The notes under the pieces: generated by a model
Seen by the model: only the letters and a program-made list of their open reading frames with translations
Databases searched by the model: none
Told to the model about the DNA's origin: nothing
Translations under genes and position numbers: made by a program
Assembly (NCBI GenBank): GCA_028534125.1
Contig: CM052816.1
Location: 74,712,001-74,776,000, forward strand
Direction: 5' to 3'
DNA length: 64,000 nucleotides
Source of the DNA: Lama glama
Taxonomy: Eukaryota
Part shown: in pieces, positions 1-13,647 of the stretch
How the letters are laid out: each line of letters starts with the position of its first letter
Position numbering within the stretch: position 1 is the stretch's first letter

Positions 1-108
1 TCAACCATGGATCGAGGTTGTAAAGAATCCTATGCACTCTAGGAGCTGGTAGTCCTTATGCTGCTAATGTTATTTTAAAATTAGGGATTAATGATTCTCT
101 TCTTCTAG

Positions 109-147
109 GTGTCTGATGCCCTAAAAAAGTTGCCGGACACCACATGA
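109..147 (+). CDS. Candidate terminal coding exon of an unidentified upstream gene (VSDALKKLPDTT*)
   Basis: Pyrimidine tract plus AG (ttctcttcttctag) ends at 108. Phase 0 is the longest open phase and stops at TGA 145-147. AATAAA at 766-771, possible donor GTAAGC at 243. Peptide not recognised. Confidence 0.25.
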   Translation: MSDALKKLPDTT

Positions 148-445
148 AACAAACCTATGTCAGCTTCGTATGCATCAGAAGCTAATCCTTTACCAAGTGT
201 TTCTGCGTTTCAGAGGAGAATTACAACATTGCCCCAAAATGTGTAAGCCATGAATTTATCTGTATAATTATCAAACTATAAATCATTTTATGGCAGTTAT
301 ACAAGGTTGGCATGGACAGAGACTGCAAACACATGTTTATGTCCTCCCTCTTTCTGGAAATTAGATTCAAGGTGACTCCCATAAAATCAGAATGACTCCT
401 CCCCACTCCCAACCCAGATGTGAAAGTGATGATTTTTCTTGACAC

Positions 446-464
446 AGAGAGAGAGGGAGAAGGG

Positions 465-490
<26 letters not shown>
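446..490. repeat. (GA)n microsatellite
   Basis: Visible GA dinucleotide run. Confidence 0.95.
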
Positions 491-495
<5 letters not shown>

Positions 496-953
496 AGCAG
501 TGAGTTGATAAATCTCTGATGAAGGGAGAGGAGTGTTCATGATTGTAGATCAGGCCAGCTTCAGTGATAACTGATCTATTTTTATGTCTTCTACATATTG
601 GGCTCATGTATAAGCTTTTATTTGAATCTAGTTCAATGGCAGCAAGTTTAAAAAACATTTTATCATTTTACAATTGGCAACATTTATTTTTGATTCCATG
701 TCTCACTTCCACCCTCTTTCCATACCCTTATTTTTTTGATCTTTATTCCAGTCAATAATCCATCAATAAAGTCTCCATGGGCTCCTTTGGAAAGCTTAAT
801 TTGTAGTAAGAATAGAGGTTGGTGCCCTCTGGAGCTTTGGACTCTTTTGCAACGCCCTTCTTGTTACTCCATAATCTTTTTCTCTACCATTCTCACTTTG
901 ATTTCCATTTTCTCCACTGCTCAGTTACCTGTGTCCTCTGCTGTCACCTCAAA

Positions 954-1170
<217 letters not shown>

Positions 1171-1547
1171 CCCATTTCTCCAATTCTCATTTCAAACAGA
1201 ACCACAAAAGATAGCAAGGCAAAGAGCAGGAGTCAGAGACAGAGAGAAGTGCGTCACTATGGTACAGCCACAACTGTTCTCTCCTTGTTTTCTATGTCCC
1301 AATGTGTCCAATTTTTACTGGATCTTGGTTCCTTCAACCAAAAGTATGCACAAAGTTCTTCAAAACAAAGCAAAGAGCAGCTTTAGCTTCAGACAACCTG
1401 TGACATTGGCAAACCTGCCTTCTAAAGCTCTCTCATGATTCTCCTGGAATGCTCCCCCTCCCTTATGACCCTTGTCCCCTGCCCTTGGCATGCCCACCTT
1501 GTTGCTGCACATCACTGAGCAAAAGTGAATACTCAGTGGAGATGGAA

Positions 1548-1906
1548 CAAGGGTTGACCAACTTTTTTCCATGAAGGGCCAGATAGTTAATATTTCAAGC
1601 TTTGCAGACCACACGTGTGGCTTTGGTTGCAACCACTCAGCTCTGCAGCTGTTGCACAAAAGCAGCCAAAAGCCAGACATAAAGGAATGGTCAAGGCTGT
1701 GTTCTGATCAAACTATATTCATGTGCACGTAAATCTGAATTTCAAGTAAGTTTCATGTGTCAGAAAATATTTTTCTTGTTTTGATTCTCAGCGAGCATTT
1801 AAAAGTATAAGAAAAAAACATCTCAGCAGGTAGGCTGAGTAGCAACAAAAAAATACACAGGCCATGGGCCAGATCTGGCTCGAGGGCTACAGTTTGCAGA
1901 CCCCTG
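1548..1906 (+). mobile_element. MER58B-like hAT-Charlie non-autonomous DNA transposon
   Basis: Termini caagggttgaccaac...gtttgcagacccctg, internal aagggccagatagttaatattt and aaaagcagcca motifs, ~360 bp. Confidence 0.85.
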
Positions 1907-3008
1907 ATGTAAAAGATAAACTCTTGGAGGCTAGGAATTTTATGTGAGTGGCATGAGGATCGATCTATTTCTATTTTGGCATGAGTCATGCCCACAGGCG
2001 AGGCTCTTTCAATACAATCGTCACAAGGCTCCCTTAAGGCATCCAATTATCCCAAATCATAAGTGAAGAGAGAGAACATCCTATCTTGAAAGAATTGAAA
2101 ATTACTCAGGAAGTCAGATTTTCAGAGAGCATTATGATCTACACAAGTCACCTTTTAAATTCTTGTGGTCACAGGTGGTCCCTCCTGTGGTATGTTTTCA
2201 TCAGCAGTTACCTTCATCTGTAAGGAGCCTGGGGAGTCTGCTACATGAGTGGTCACTCTCCTCAAGCATGCATGATACCTGAAGGAGGGGAAGCAGTAGG
2301 ATTGGAAAAATAAAATCATGTAAGGGGAAGGAAAGATTTCCCCACTGATGGAAGTTTCCTATAGCCAGAACCAAAACCAGCACAGACCCAAATCTAAAAT
2401 GGGGCTTGGAAGTTCAGAATTTAACTCTAGTGACCTCTGGGGTACAATGCCCGCCTCCCCCATTCTCCTTTCAGTGAAAACTGTCTTCCAAGGAGAATAA
2501 AATTTCCAGGGCTGGCCCTTTGCCACATTCACCCGCAAGGCTCTGCCTCTCACTTGCACTGGCCTGTGATCATTTTGAAAATACAAAGGGCCTTGAAAAA
2601 GATTCAAAGAAGAAGTTGGCTTCCTGTGAGCTTTTCACCAACTTTGTTGCTTTCAGAGCTGGAGTCTACCATCTATACCCAGGCAACGAAACAACTGCAT
2701 CATTTGAACAGCAGAAAATTGAGTAGGAAAATTGAATTCTGAGGCCGAAGGACAAAGTACATCATCAAAGGCCCTTGATTATAAATGAGTTATGTTGAGT
2801 CTTGCTTTTTCATATGTCTCCTTTTTGTAGTTGTCAGACTATTTTCCCAACTAGATATTCCTACTGGGAAACTCTACGGGAAAGCAATTTGATATCTAGA
2901 GAAAGCAATAACATACAACCTGAAGTAGTGCTGGATTTTCACACAAAAGATCCATTTGTTACGATGACTTATAAAAACGCTGTGGCTAGGATATTGTATT
3001 AGAACAAA

Positions 3009-3080
3009 CAGTTCCCAACTTATAAGTGAGTTGTGAGCCAAAAGTTTATTCGTAAGTCAGTTGTTTGTAACCTAGAAGGC
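3009..3080. mobile_element. Short Tigger-type MITE remnant
   Basis: cagttcccaacttataagtg...ttcgtaagtcagttgtttgtaa resembles TcMar-Tigger MITE ends. Confidence 0.4.
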
Positions 3081-4942
3081 ATCTGCCTATAGGAACAGGG
3101 TTGTAGGTGGTGGCTGGACAGCAGCTTTGTCATGACAGTTTGTGTAATCCAGTCATACTTTAAAATGGTGAAATTACGCTGTTTGAGCCTCTCCGACTGA
3201 AGCATGCAGGGCTATAAGAATGAATACATCAAGCTAGGGAATAAACATGGAGCATCTTCCTGGCATGTTAATTTTGCTATAAAATTTAAGGAAATATTCT
3301 TTCTGAATTAAAGGTGTATAATTTTTGGGTAAACTATAAAATCCCTGAAAACCTTAAAAATAAAGCATGAGACTTCAACCCTACCTTGTACTTGCAGCTT
3401 GAAGCTTCAGTCTAAGTCTCCAGACTCCCTTGATTTCAGAACTCTCCTCTTGGGCAAACTGGAAACGTGTGAGAAGCAAAGCAGTTCAGCATGACAGCTC
3501 CGTGTTCACCTGCAGCACAGCAGCTCCTTGAATAGACTCCACTGGCCCCTGCTGAGCTAAGAGAATTAACGACACTCAGCTTTATCTGATTACCATGTGG
3601 CTGGGGTAGCAGGAAAGAAAGTCCCCAGAGGTATAGGGAGATTGGAGGAGACCAAGGAGCCATGATAACTACATGCAACATGGATCTTAAGTTGGATTCC
3701 AGAACAGGAAAAAGTCATTAATGCAATAACTGGTGAACTAATCAGGGGTGGAGATTGGTTACACTATGGTAACAGTGGAGGTTTGGGTAAGGAGATGGGA
3801 GGTCAGAAGCCTATGATAGAAATTAAACTGTTAAGTCAGTACTCATAGCAATCGCAGTCTTTCCCCTCAAACATCTTTTAACTCATTAACAAGATAAGGG
3901 GATGGCCTGATACTGTTTCCACATATGCCATCTCTGGAGACAGGGATAGTGAACAAGGCAGAAAGCAGCTGGGGATTAGTGTAAAAGGGCTTCTTTGGGT
4001 GGTCACACATCTGAACTGGACAGTCTGCAGAGCAGATCAGATTGTCTCCCAGATTCTGTCACGGCTGTGAGGGTCCGGGTGGGATGGAGCTTTGTTGGGA
4101 GATTTTTCATGCAACCTCTAAGTCAGAGGTCTCATTCTAAGGCAGTCGACCTGAAAGTCCTGCCCCTACTCCCGAGGTATTGATGGTGCCAGGAGTATTT
4201 CTTGCTCACTGGGATCAGTGTAAGGTTTAGTATCATTTTTGGCCTCATGTGTAATTTCTAAAATCCTTAAAAAAATTCATACTGTCCATGAGTGGAAAGG
4301 AACATTATATTAGTGTGACAGACACTCTATCAGTATAATTAATGCTATTGGCTCTCTTCCTGCTTTAGCAGTGGATGCAAGAGCAAGGCAGGGAAGAGCT
4401 AGCTGTGTAAAGTGGAAAGGCAGATGAGGGGAAAGATAAAAAGGGCAGAAAGGGAGACACAACAGTAGGTACAAACTTACCTGACTGCAGTTTTGCTGCT
4501 TTCCTGTGGATGGACAAATAGAAGTTTGGATGTTGATGCCATTAGAACTTCCTAAACCACAGACACATGTGCACTCCCACCAGGAGCATGTTTAATGAGA
4601 CTTTTTTCTGATTTGTGCTTGCTTTCCTTTCCTTTCAGAGGTTAGAGACTATGGAGGGCATTAAGGGCAGGATGGAGGAAAGAATAAGGCATGCTCAAGA
4701 TGCTCAAGGTGAGGGTACAAGACCAGAAAGAGAAGTCTGCATATGGCAAAGAAGGCTTCCTCTACTCCACAGTTATGCTTAAGAATAGCTCCTTATGTCT
4801 CCAACTATCTGAGAACAAACAAACACTACTACCAGAGGTGCTCTAAACCATGCATGGAGCATAAAAGAAATATTTCCCAGGCTTTACTATCCTGTTGCTG
4901 GTTCTGAGGGCTTTACAGCATTTAGTGAAAGTTTGGGATCTC

Positions 4943-4970
4943 AAAAAAAAAAAAAAAAAAAAAAAAAAAA
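4943..4970 (+). repeat. Poly(A)28 tract
   Basis: 28 consecutive A. Confidence 0.95.
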
Positions 4971-5564
4971 GCCTTGCTGTGCAGGGCAAATTTTCTCTGT
5001 CCCAGTATGGTCCAGTTCAGCCACCCAAAGGGTGAGATCTTTGTAAATGGCATATACCCAAGCCAGGATATACTCATGTACTATTGGAAGTCCCCCACCC
5101 CTTAATGTTTAAATTTTGGAACAATTTTAGATTTAAAGATAATTGCAAAAATAGCATGGAAATTTCCCATGTACCCTTCATTGATTTTCTCCCAATGTTA
5201 ACATCTTACATAACCATGATACAATTAACAAAACCAGAAAATTAACATTGGCACAATACTGTAGCTAATCTACAGACCTTATTCTGATTTCCCTTGTTTT
5301 CCTACTGATGTCCTTATCCTATTTCAAGATCCAGTCCAGGATTTCATGTTGCTCTTAGCTGTGATGCCCCCTTGGTCTTCTCCAATCTGTGGCAGTTCCT
5401 CAGTCTTTCCTCATTTTTCATGATCTTGACACTTCTGAAATGTACTGATCAGTATTTTTTGAAAACTATCCTTCTTTGAAGTTATGTATTTTGAATAAGA
5501 ATATCACAGAAATGATGTTGTACCCTTCTAGGAACATTATATTGAGCATTTATGATGTCAGTAT

Positions 5565-5890
5565 ATATAAACTGGGAAGTGTAAGTATTTCTCTGAGTTC
5601 TCTGAGCTGTTCTCGTAAATTATCACACTTAAAGAGGGGGTCATGGGAACCCCTAATTTATCGCCAATTGGTCAAAAGTACCAGCGGCAACCTGGGACTT
5701 GTGACTGGTGTCTGAATTAGGGGCAGCCTTGTGGGATGAGTCCTTAACCTATGGGGTCATTCTAACTCTGGGTAATTAGAGTCAGAATTGAATTGTTGGA
5801 CACCCAGTTGGTGTCCACAGAAAATTAGAGAATTGTTTGGTGTAGAACACTCCTACACATTTAATGTCAGAAGTTTTGTGAATGAAAAGC
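5565..5890 (+). mobile_element. MER21C-like LTR, 3' half only
   Basis: ctgagttctctgagctgttct...gagggggtcatgggaacccc...gtcagaattgaattgttggacacccagttggtgtcc. Confidence 0.8.
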
Positions 5891-6015
5891 AGCACAGAAA
5901 ATGCTATCAGGAAGTAGGATTAACTCTATGATTGAAAATCTTTAAATCTAAGAGGCAAGAATATAGAGTAAGGCAAAGTTATAATTGTTAAAAAAAAAGG
6001 CAATAGTAACTCATT

Positions 6016-6202
6016 TGTGATGGTTAATGTTGTGTGTCAGTTTGACTGGTTCACAGTATGACCAGCTCTCTGTTAACACATTGTTTCTGGGTTGTATCTG
6101 TGAGGCTGTTTCCCAAAGAGATTAGCATTTGAATCAAGAGACTGACTAAAACAGTCTCTAAAGTTGATGGGTATCATCTCTGCCTGAGGTGGGACATCAG
6201 TC
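6016..6202 (+). mobile_element. MLT2 (ERVL) LTR, 5' part only
   Basis: Starts tgtgatggttaatgttgtgtgtcagtttgactgg, contains gagattagcatttgaatc, ends gggacatcagtc. Confidence 0.8.
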
Positions 6203-7219
6203 TTTATGATTTCAGTATGTTTTATTATTGATGATGCTAACCTTGGTTAACCAGAATCCTGCCATGGTTTCCCACCGTAAAGTTACTATTTTTCCCCTTC
6301 TAATTAATTTATTGTAGTAAAATACTATGAGACTGTAAATATTCTATTTTTCACTATATGTCACTCAATAATTTTAACATCCATTAATGTTTTTTATTTA
6401 CAATAATTATTACTATCATAATCACCTAAAATTATTATCTATTTCTATCATTCTTTCTATATCTATTCATTGTAATTTTACTGTAAGGATGGGTTGTCCC
6501 TTCTACCCCATTTATTTACTATTTGATTATTTATATAATTAGGGACTCATGAATTTTTTTATGTATAAGTTATAACCCAATACCATCATTATTACTGGAA
6601 TAGGTTTTTTTGTTTATTTTTGTTTTGTTTTTTAACCTCATGCATTCTGAGTTCCTAAAAGGTAAAAATTATATAAGGAAAAAAATCCTCTCACCTATCT
6701 TTAGATATTAAATTTTAGGGCTAGACCTGACCTGAATAAATCATCCAGAAACACTAAAGAGAGGCTGGATGGGATGGGAAAATGTTTGGCACATTTTGGT
6801 AATACATAATTCCAGATAGCCTTGTCTCAAACAAGCAATTTGAAGATACCCTTAGTGGCTAGAGAAAAGATTTTAAACCAGGGATTCAATCAGGAAGATG
6901 AATACAAAGATAAACTTCATAATGGAATCATTAGAATTTGGCTTTGAATGCTCCCTATTTGTCTAAATTGAAAACATACAGCTTCCTTGCTACTCACTGA
7001 ATCCCTCTCTCTGTTATTTCTTGTTTACTAGGGAAAAGGGAAAGAACACAAAATCCACAAGTATTCCATGTAGTAGAGGGACTTCCTCCTGTGTACTATT
7101 TCAGAACTTTTCTGAGAAAAGCCAAAAACAAATAGCTATAAAATGTCCTAAAAATATCTTTAATGCTGGAAACCACTCCCCTTTCCTCTGAACTCCCACA
7201 GCTCATTCATTCTTTTCTT

Positions 7220-7607
7220 TTTTCTTTTAAAACGTTTTTTAATTGAGTTATAGTCATTTTACAATGTTGTATCAAATTCCAGTGTAGAGCACAATTTTCA
7301 GTTATACACAAACATACATATATTCATTGTCACATTTTTTTTTTCTGCTGTGAGCTACCACAGGATCTTGTATATATTTCCCTGTGCTATACAGTATAAT
7401 CTTGTTTATTTATTCTACAGTTTGAAATCCCAGTCTGTCCCTTCCCACCCTCCGCCCCCTTGGCAACCACAAGTTTGTATTCTATGTCTATGCGTCTGTT
7501 TCTGTTTTGTATTTATGTTTTGTTTTGTTTTCTTTTGTTTTGTTTTTAGATTCCATATATGAGTAATCTCATATGGTATTTTTCTTTCTCTTTCTGGCTT
7601 ACTTCAG
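7220..7607 (-). mobile_element. Young (camelid/cetartiodactyl-type) 5'-truncated L1 3' end
   Basis: T-rich tail, tttccctgtgctatacagta, ctggcttacttca. Flanking ttcttttctt repeat at 7210-7219 and 7608-7617 is a likely TSD. Confidence 0.9.
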
Positions 7608-7964
7608 TTCTTTTCTTGATATTACCACATTCAGCTCTAATCATTTCTACTAAAAATAAGCTACTTTATTTGATGATATTAATACATTATTCTTAACTTT
7701 TTAGGCTTAATAATGGTATTGTGGATTTATTTTGTTAGAGTCCTTATTTTTTTGAGATATACACTAAAATCTTTATAGATTTCATGGTATGTCTCAGATT
7801 TGTTTCAAAATCATCCAGGATAGGGTTGGGGATATTGGATAGAGAGTGTAGGAAAATATCCTTATGACCTTGATTCAAAAAGAAATTCTTTACCCATTGA
7901 TCCTTAGATTAGACACTTAGATTGTTTCCATATTTGGCTATTTGAAATAATATTTCAATGATCA

Positions 7965-10320
7965 TACATTTAAAGTAATGTTTTATAGGTAAGGACTTAC
8001 TAATACCATCTTATTAATTGTTTTTTGACTGTTTTGTAGTGCCTTTCTTCCTCTTTGGCTATCTTCCTTTGTGATATGATGACTTTCTGTAGTAGCATGA
8101 TTTGATTATTTTCTCATTATCTTTTGTTTTTTTATACAAGTGTTTGCTTTTTGGTTACAATGAGGTTTACAAAAAACATTTTATAGATTCAACAGCTCGT
8201 TTTAAGCTGATAACAACTTCAATTGCATAAAAAACTCTATCCTTTTCCTTCTTCTTCCACATTTTATATTGTTGATGTCACAATTTTTTTGTATACTCAC
8301 TAGCAAATTTTTGTATCCATAGTTATTTTTAATAGTTTTCCTTTTGATCTTTATACCAGCATTAAAAATGATTTATATACCATCCTTACAGTATTAGTGT
8401 ATTCTGAATTTGACTTTGTACATCTTTACCAGTGAGTTTTGTACTTTCACATGTTTCGTGTTACTTAATAGAGTCCTTTCATTTCAGTTTGAAGAACTCC
8501 CATAGCATTTCTTGTAAGGCAGGTTTAGTGGTAAACTCCCTCAGTCTTTGTTCATCAGGGAAAGTCTTCAAAGGAAGGAGAACTTTGTCAGGTAATGTAT
8601 ACTTGGTTAGCAGTCTTTTTTCTTTTAGCTCTTTGACTATATCATCCCGCTTTCTCCTAGCCTGCTGAGAAATCTACTGATAGCCTTAAAGGGGTTCTCT
8701 TGTATGTGATAGAATCTTTTCTCTTGCTGCTTTCAAATTTCTCACTATGTATTTCACTTTTGACAGTTTAAAAATAATGTGTCTCAGTATAAACCTCTTT
8801 AGGTTAAAACTGTTTGGGGATTCTTTGGTGTCAAGTATCTGTCTGTCCAAATCTTTGTACAGATTTGGGGAATTCTCAGCCATTATTTCTTAAAATAAAT
8901 TTTCTGCCCCTTTTCCTTCTAGGATCCCCACAATTCAAACATTAAATCTCAATTGTGGTAATCCATAAAGCTCATGGTCTTTTTTCTTTCCTTTTGATTC
9001 TTTCTTCTTTTTCTTCTCTGAATGGATTATTTTATATGACTTGTCTTTAAGTTCATAGATTTTTCTGCTTGGTCAAACCTGATGTTGACACTCACAATTA
9101 CCTATTTAATTTTCTTTGTTTTCTTCAGGTCAGAACTTTTATTTGCTTCTTTTTTTATATCTTTTTGGTGAAATTCCCTTTTATATTCATTATTGCTTTC
9201 CTGATTTTATTGAATTGTCTATATTTTCTTATAGCAGATTGAGCTTCCTTAAAACAATTATTTTGATTTCTTCGTCAGGAAATTCATAGATCTCCATTTA
9301 TTTGTGGAGAGTTACTGGAAAATTATTGTATTTCTTTGATTGTACCTCGTTTCCTTAATTTTTTTTTGTGTTCCTTAAGGTCTTGCATTGCTGTCTTTGC
9401 ATTTGAAGAAGGAATCACCACCTCCAGTCTTTACTAACTGGCTTAGGAGAGAAATACCTTTGCAAATCTGCCCAACAGGGATTCTGAGGCTTTCTCAGAA
9501 CTCTTCCGTAGATGGAATGCACCCACTCCACATCTCTTTCTCCTTCTTGTGTTATTCTTAACATTATGTCCCTTCTCCGTATCCTGCAAAGCCAGTTGAA
9601 TTCTGAGAGACTCCCTTTTGTTTTCCCTAGAGAAGTGCCCCAAAGTGCTCAAGTTTGTGTGCCTTCTCCTAACCCTGCAGAGCTGGGTTGGCTTTCTGCA
9701 TGTGCTTGCAAGCCGTTTGCAAAGGCTCATACTCACAGTCCATAGATGCATATGCAGGAAGCTGGCCATAGGGGGATGGGTGAGGTGCATGGAATGTTGG
9801 GGATGCCTATGGGCCAGTTGGAGGGGTTTGCAGGCAAAGCATCCCAAGTGGCTTCCTGATGGAGTCTGCAAGGTGGTTAGTAGTAGTAGCAGCTCTTTGA
9901 TGAGTTCCAAGTCCTGGTTGCTGGGCTCCCAGCCTCTCCCAACCCCTCAGTCAAGCCAGTTACCTCAGTATTCTGAGATGGGTGAGAAAGAAGTAGACTT
10001 CTTGGGCAGTGTCCCACAGGGCTAGGGAAACCAGACACTCACTCACTATATTCTCACTTTCCCTGTGGGAGAATTTGGCACTGAGCTGTGCTGCCATGGA
10101 GGAGAGAGGTAACATGGATAAAATAAAACCGTTCTTACCTTCTTCAATGCATCTATTCTTGGGTTTTTTACTCCAACAGTGCACTAGAACTTTCTGCTGG
10201 ATACTCAATCTCCCACAAAGGTACACTGATCTGTGGGTAGTCGTCAAAGCGGATCTTTTATAGGAGATGATGATGATAGAAAACTATTCAACCACCTTGT
10301 TGACATCACTCTCTCCCTTC
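7965..10320 (-). mobile_element. Degraded L1 5'UTR + ORF1 region
   Basis: ORF 8686-8883(-) MAENSPNL...RHIIFKLSKVK...LKAAREK matches L1 ORF1p motifs. The GC-richer 5'UTR-like part is ~9440-10320. Confidence 0.85.
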
Positions 10321-10409
10321 TTCATTTACTAATTGGAATTTTGTTGAAACGAAAAGCTATTCCTTGTTCCCTATTTATTTATGTATTAAAGGAGTGAGAA
10401 TTATGTTTT

Positions 10410-12690
10410 ATTTTTAACACACATTTTTAAAAATTAACATTTTTAATGAAACAATGATATAGACAAGTGTGTAAAACACATATGGACTACCTTACAAAAG
10501 TTTCTGGCGTGAACACACAATTCAAGAAATAAAACATTAATGGCTTTCCATAAACCCTTAGAGCATCCTTTCCTAGTGACAATCTACTCCCCCTTTAGAG
10601 ATAACTATTGCTATGACTTTTACAGTAAACATTTCTCTCCTTTTCCTTATGTATTCCTAAACATTAGAGTTCATTTTTGCCAGTTTCTGGATTTTATACA
10701 AACAGAATTATGCTATATGCATTTTTTATGACTTGTTTTTCCTCTGTCAACATGTTTTGAGATGTCCGTATTTCTGTGGATCTCTGTGGCTCATTCATTT
10801 TTAGTGTTATAGTATTCCATTGTATGAATATAGCACAATTTATTCATTTTGTTGATGGGTATATAATTGTTTTTAGTTTTCTGTGATTATGAAAAAGGTT
10901 ACTATGAACATTTTTGTGTGTGGTCTTGTTGTTTTGGGGGGATTGATTTATAGTTCTCAATATCTTCTATATATGTTAGTAGTTCTTTGTTGGTTATATT
11001 GCTGCAAACATCTTCCTTCCTCCACTTTATGATGTATCTTTTCACTCTTTTCATAATATCATTTGATGAACAGATGTCTTAATTTTAATGTAGTCAAATT
11101 TATCATTTTTCCTTTGTAGTTGGGGTTTTTGTAGCTTGTTTATGAAATCTGTCTATGACCAGATATGAAAATATCCTCTTATAGTCTTCCTTAAAACTTT
11201 ATGGTTTGGGATTATACATTTAGACTTTTAATCCATCTGTGATTGATTTTGTGTTTGGGATGAGGTAAATATTTAATTAAAAAATTTTCACCTATACTTA
11301 ATTGTCCTGAAGCCATTTATTAAAAGTATTTTTTTTCAATAAAAAGACCATTGGTTACCAGGGGTTGGGGGCAGGAGAGGGAGAAGGATGAATAAGCAGA
11401 GCACAGGGGATTTTTAGGGCAGTGTAACTATTCTGTATGATACAGTAATGATTGACACATGTCATTATACATTTGTTACAACCCATAAAATGTGCAACAC
11501 AAAGAGTGAACCTTCATGTAAACTATGTTCTTTAGTTAATAATAACATATCAACATTGATATATCAGTTGCAACAAATATTACAACTACAAGGTGTAAAT
11601 AACAGAGAAAATTGGGGGTGGGTGAGGGATATTTGAGAACTCTGTTCTGTACACTCTGCTCAATTTTCCATAAACCTAAAACCACTAAAAAGAAGTCTAT
11701 TAATATTTAAAAAAATTTTTTTTCTCAGCGCTTTGAAGTGCCACATCTGTTATGAATTATATATACATGGGACTGTTTACAGATATCTATTCTGTTCCAT
11801 TAAATTTTTTTATTTATATCTTATCCATAAACATTATCTTGATTATCAGTGCTTTAAATTTTCCTGTCAAATTCTCTCACCTTTGTATTTATTTTGAAGT
11901 CTATTTTGTTAAGTTTTGGTCTTTTGCATTTTCATAAATTTTATGAAAGCACATTACGTACTCACATGCATGCAAATGAGCTGGTGTTTGGATCGAGGTT
12001 ATGTTGAATTTATAAATTAATCTGAGAATAATTTAAATTGTTGTAACACTGAGTCTTCTTATCTTTGAACAAGGTATATTTCTCTATTTAATTCTACTAT
12101 AATGTTTTTCAGTAAGGTTTTCTAATGTCCCTGTTAGAAGTCTTACACATCTTTTGTTGGATTTATTCTAAGGACTTTATATTTATTGATATGCTTACAA
12201 ATGGTATATTTTCAAAGGTTTAATTTTCTGTTTGAGTCTGTTGTCTGAAAATATGGTTATTTCATATACTGATTTTTTAAATTCTGGGACTTTGCTCAAC
12301 CCGATCAACTTTAGTAGTTTACCTGAGAATTATTTGAATTCTTATACACATAATCATATCATCTATGAATAGCTTCCCTTCCAGACTGTATAATATAAAA
12401 ACAATTTATTGCTTTGCCTTTAGTGCTCATAAGACCTTCCAGTTCAATGTTGAATACTAGCGGTGATATAATGCATTGTTTTCTCATCACTGATCCCAAG
12501 AGAAATAGTCAGAATTTTTACCTTTAAGTAATTTATTACTTAAGTAATTTAAGTAATATTTATTGTAGGATTTTTTTTTTCAGATACCATCTATTTTCTT
12601 TGGGACATTCCCTTTTATATCTAATTTACTAAGAGTTTTTTTCCCCCTCACATTGCTGAATTTTATCAAATTATTTCACTGCATTTTTAC
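10410..12690 (-). mobile_element. Ancient L1 (L1ME-like) 3'UTR/ORF2 remnant
   Basis: tagtattccattgtatgaatatagcacaattt, ttttaatgtagtcaaatttatc, gaccttccagttcaatgttgaat. Confidence 0.75.
11350..11715 (+). mobile_element. L1MC1-like 3' end nested in the older L1
   Basis: ggttaccaggggttgggg...gcagagcacaggggatttttagggcagtg...acatgtcattatacatttg...aaacctaaaaccactaaaa. Confidence 0.85.
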
Positions 12691-13647
12691 TCTTAAGTGG
12701 AAAAGAGGCTGAAAACTATAGTATTATGCAGTTCAGCCATTTGCCTAGCTAAAATTTGGGAATATAATACTCCAGAGGAAAGAGAGACTAGGCTGGGGGC
12801 CACTGGTCATCTCTGCTGCAAGCCCCAAATGTGGGACCCTTTTACTCCTTAAATGTTTTTATTGGTAACCCTTGGTATTGGTATTGGTATAGGGCTACCA
12901 TAATTTTCTAAGGAGGAGAGAGAACATATTTCCTGCATATTGTAGGTCCCAAATCCTAAAATCCTAAGGACAAGGCTTCCTGAAGACTTTATCCTAGGAT
13001 CCAGAGCCCTACAGCAGAGAAGGGACTTGCCAGAGCTGCAGAATTCCCTTACTCCTGGGTGTTGGTGTCTTGGGCACAACAGGCAGCTATTCTACTTTTG
13101 ACTCTCCTTCTCTCCTTCTCTGATTTTTCACTCCTTTAGTCTTCCATTTGTATTTTAAACTAAATCTGAATTTCATTTCTAGAGCTCATTTTCATAGTTC
13201 CTGGGTTACTCACAGAAGAGACACCATCTCAAGGCATGACTAATGGAATTAAATTTTAATAAAAGTGATTACAATTTAAATTTTGATAAAGATGACTGCA
13301 GTGGCTTTCTTAAAAGTTAAATGCTCATTTGCATTTGGCCCTTTCCCCTTAAAGTTAGTGAACAAAATCACTAAGTTTTGAAAAGAACACTGAATTTGGT
13401 ATTAGGTAATGATGCAGCCTGTGGCAAGGACAGAAGAAAGCTCTCTGGCCTTAAAAGGTTCAGATCCCATACAATGGGCTCCTTATCACAGACCTCAGGT
13501 CAACTGTCTTTACCTGCACTAACCAGGTGTACTAGTAGCATGATGACCTATATTTATAGGGAAAGACACCGAAATAGAAAAGTCTTAAATATTTCATGGA
13601 TTTAAAAAAGTATGAATGCATCCAAAGTTCCAAAGCCAAAGCAATTT

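Larger units (their letters stand above)
5105..6600 (-). mobile_element. Old L1 3' end (L1MC4-like), interrupted at 5565-6202
   Basis: cccaatgttaacatcttacataaccat, ctgtggcagttcctcagtctttcc, and after the insert ccaccgtaaagttactatttttcccc, all typical antisense L1MC 3'UTR motifs. Confidence 0.8.

Noticed and set aside
9443..10263. Cluster of overlapping 77-155 aa ORFs
   Set aside because: They lie in the GC-richer L1 5'UTR remnant and have no recognisable domain.
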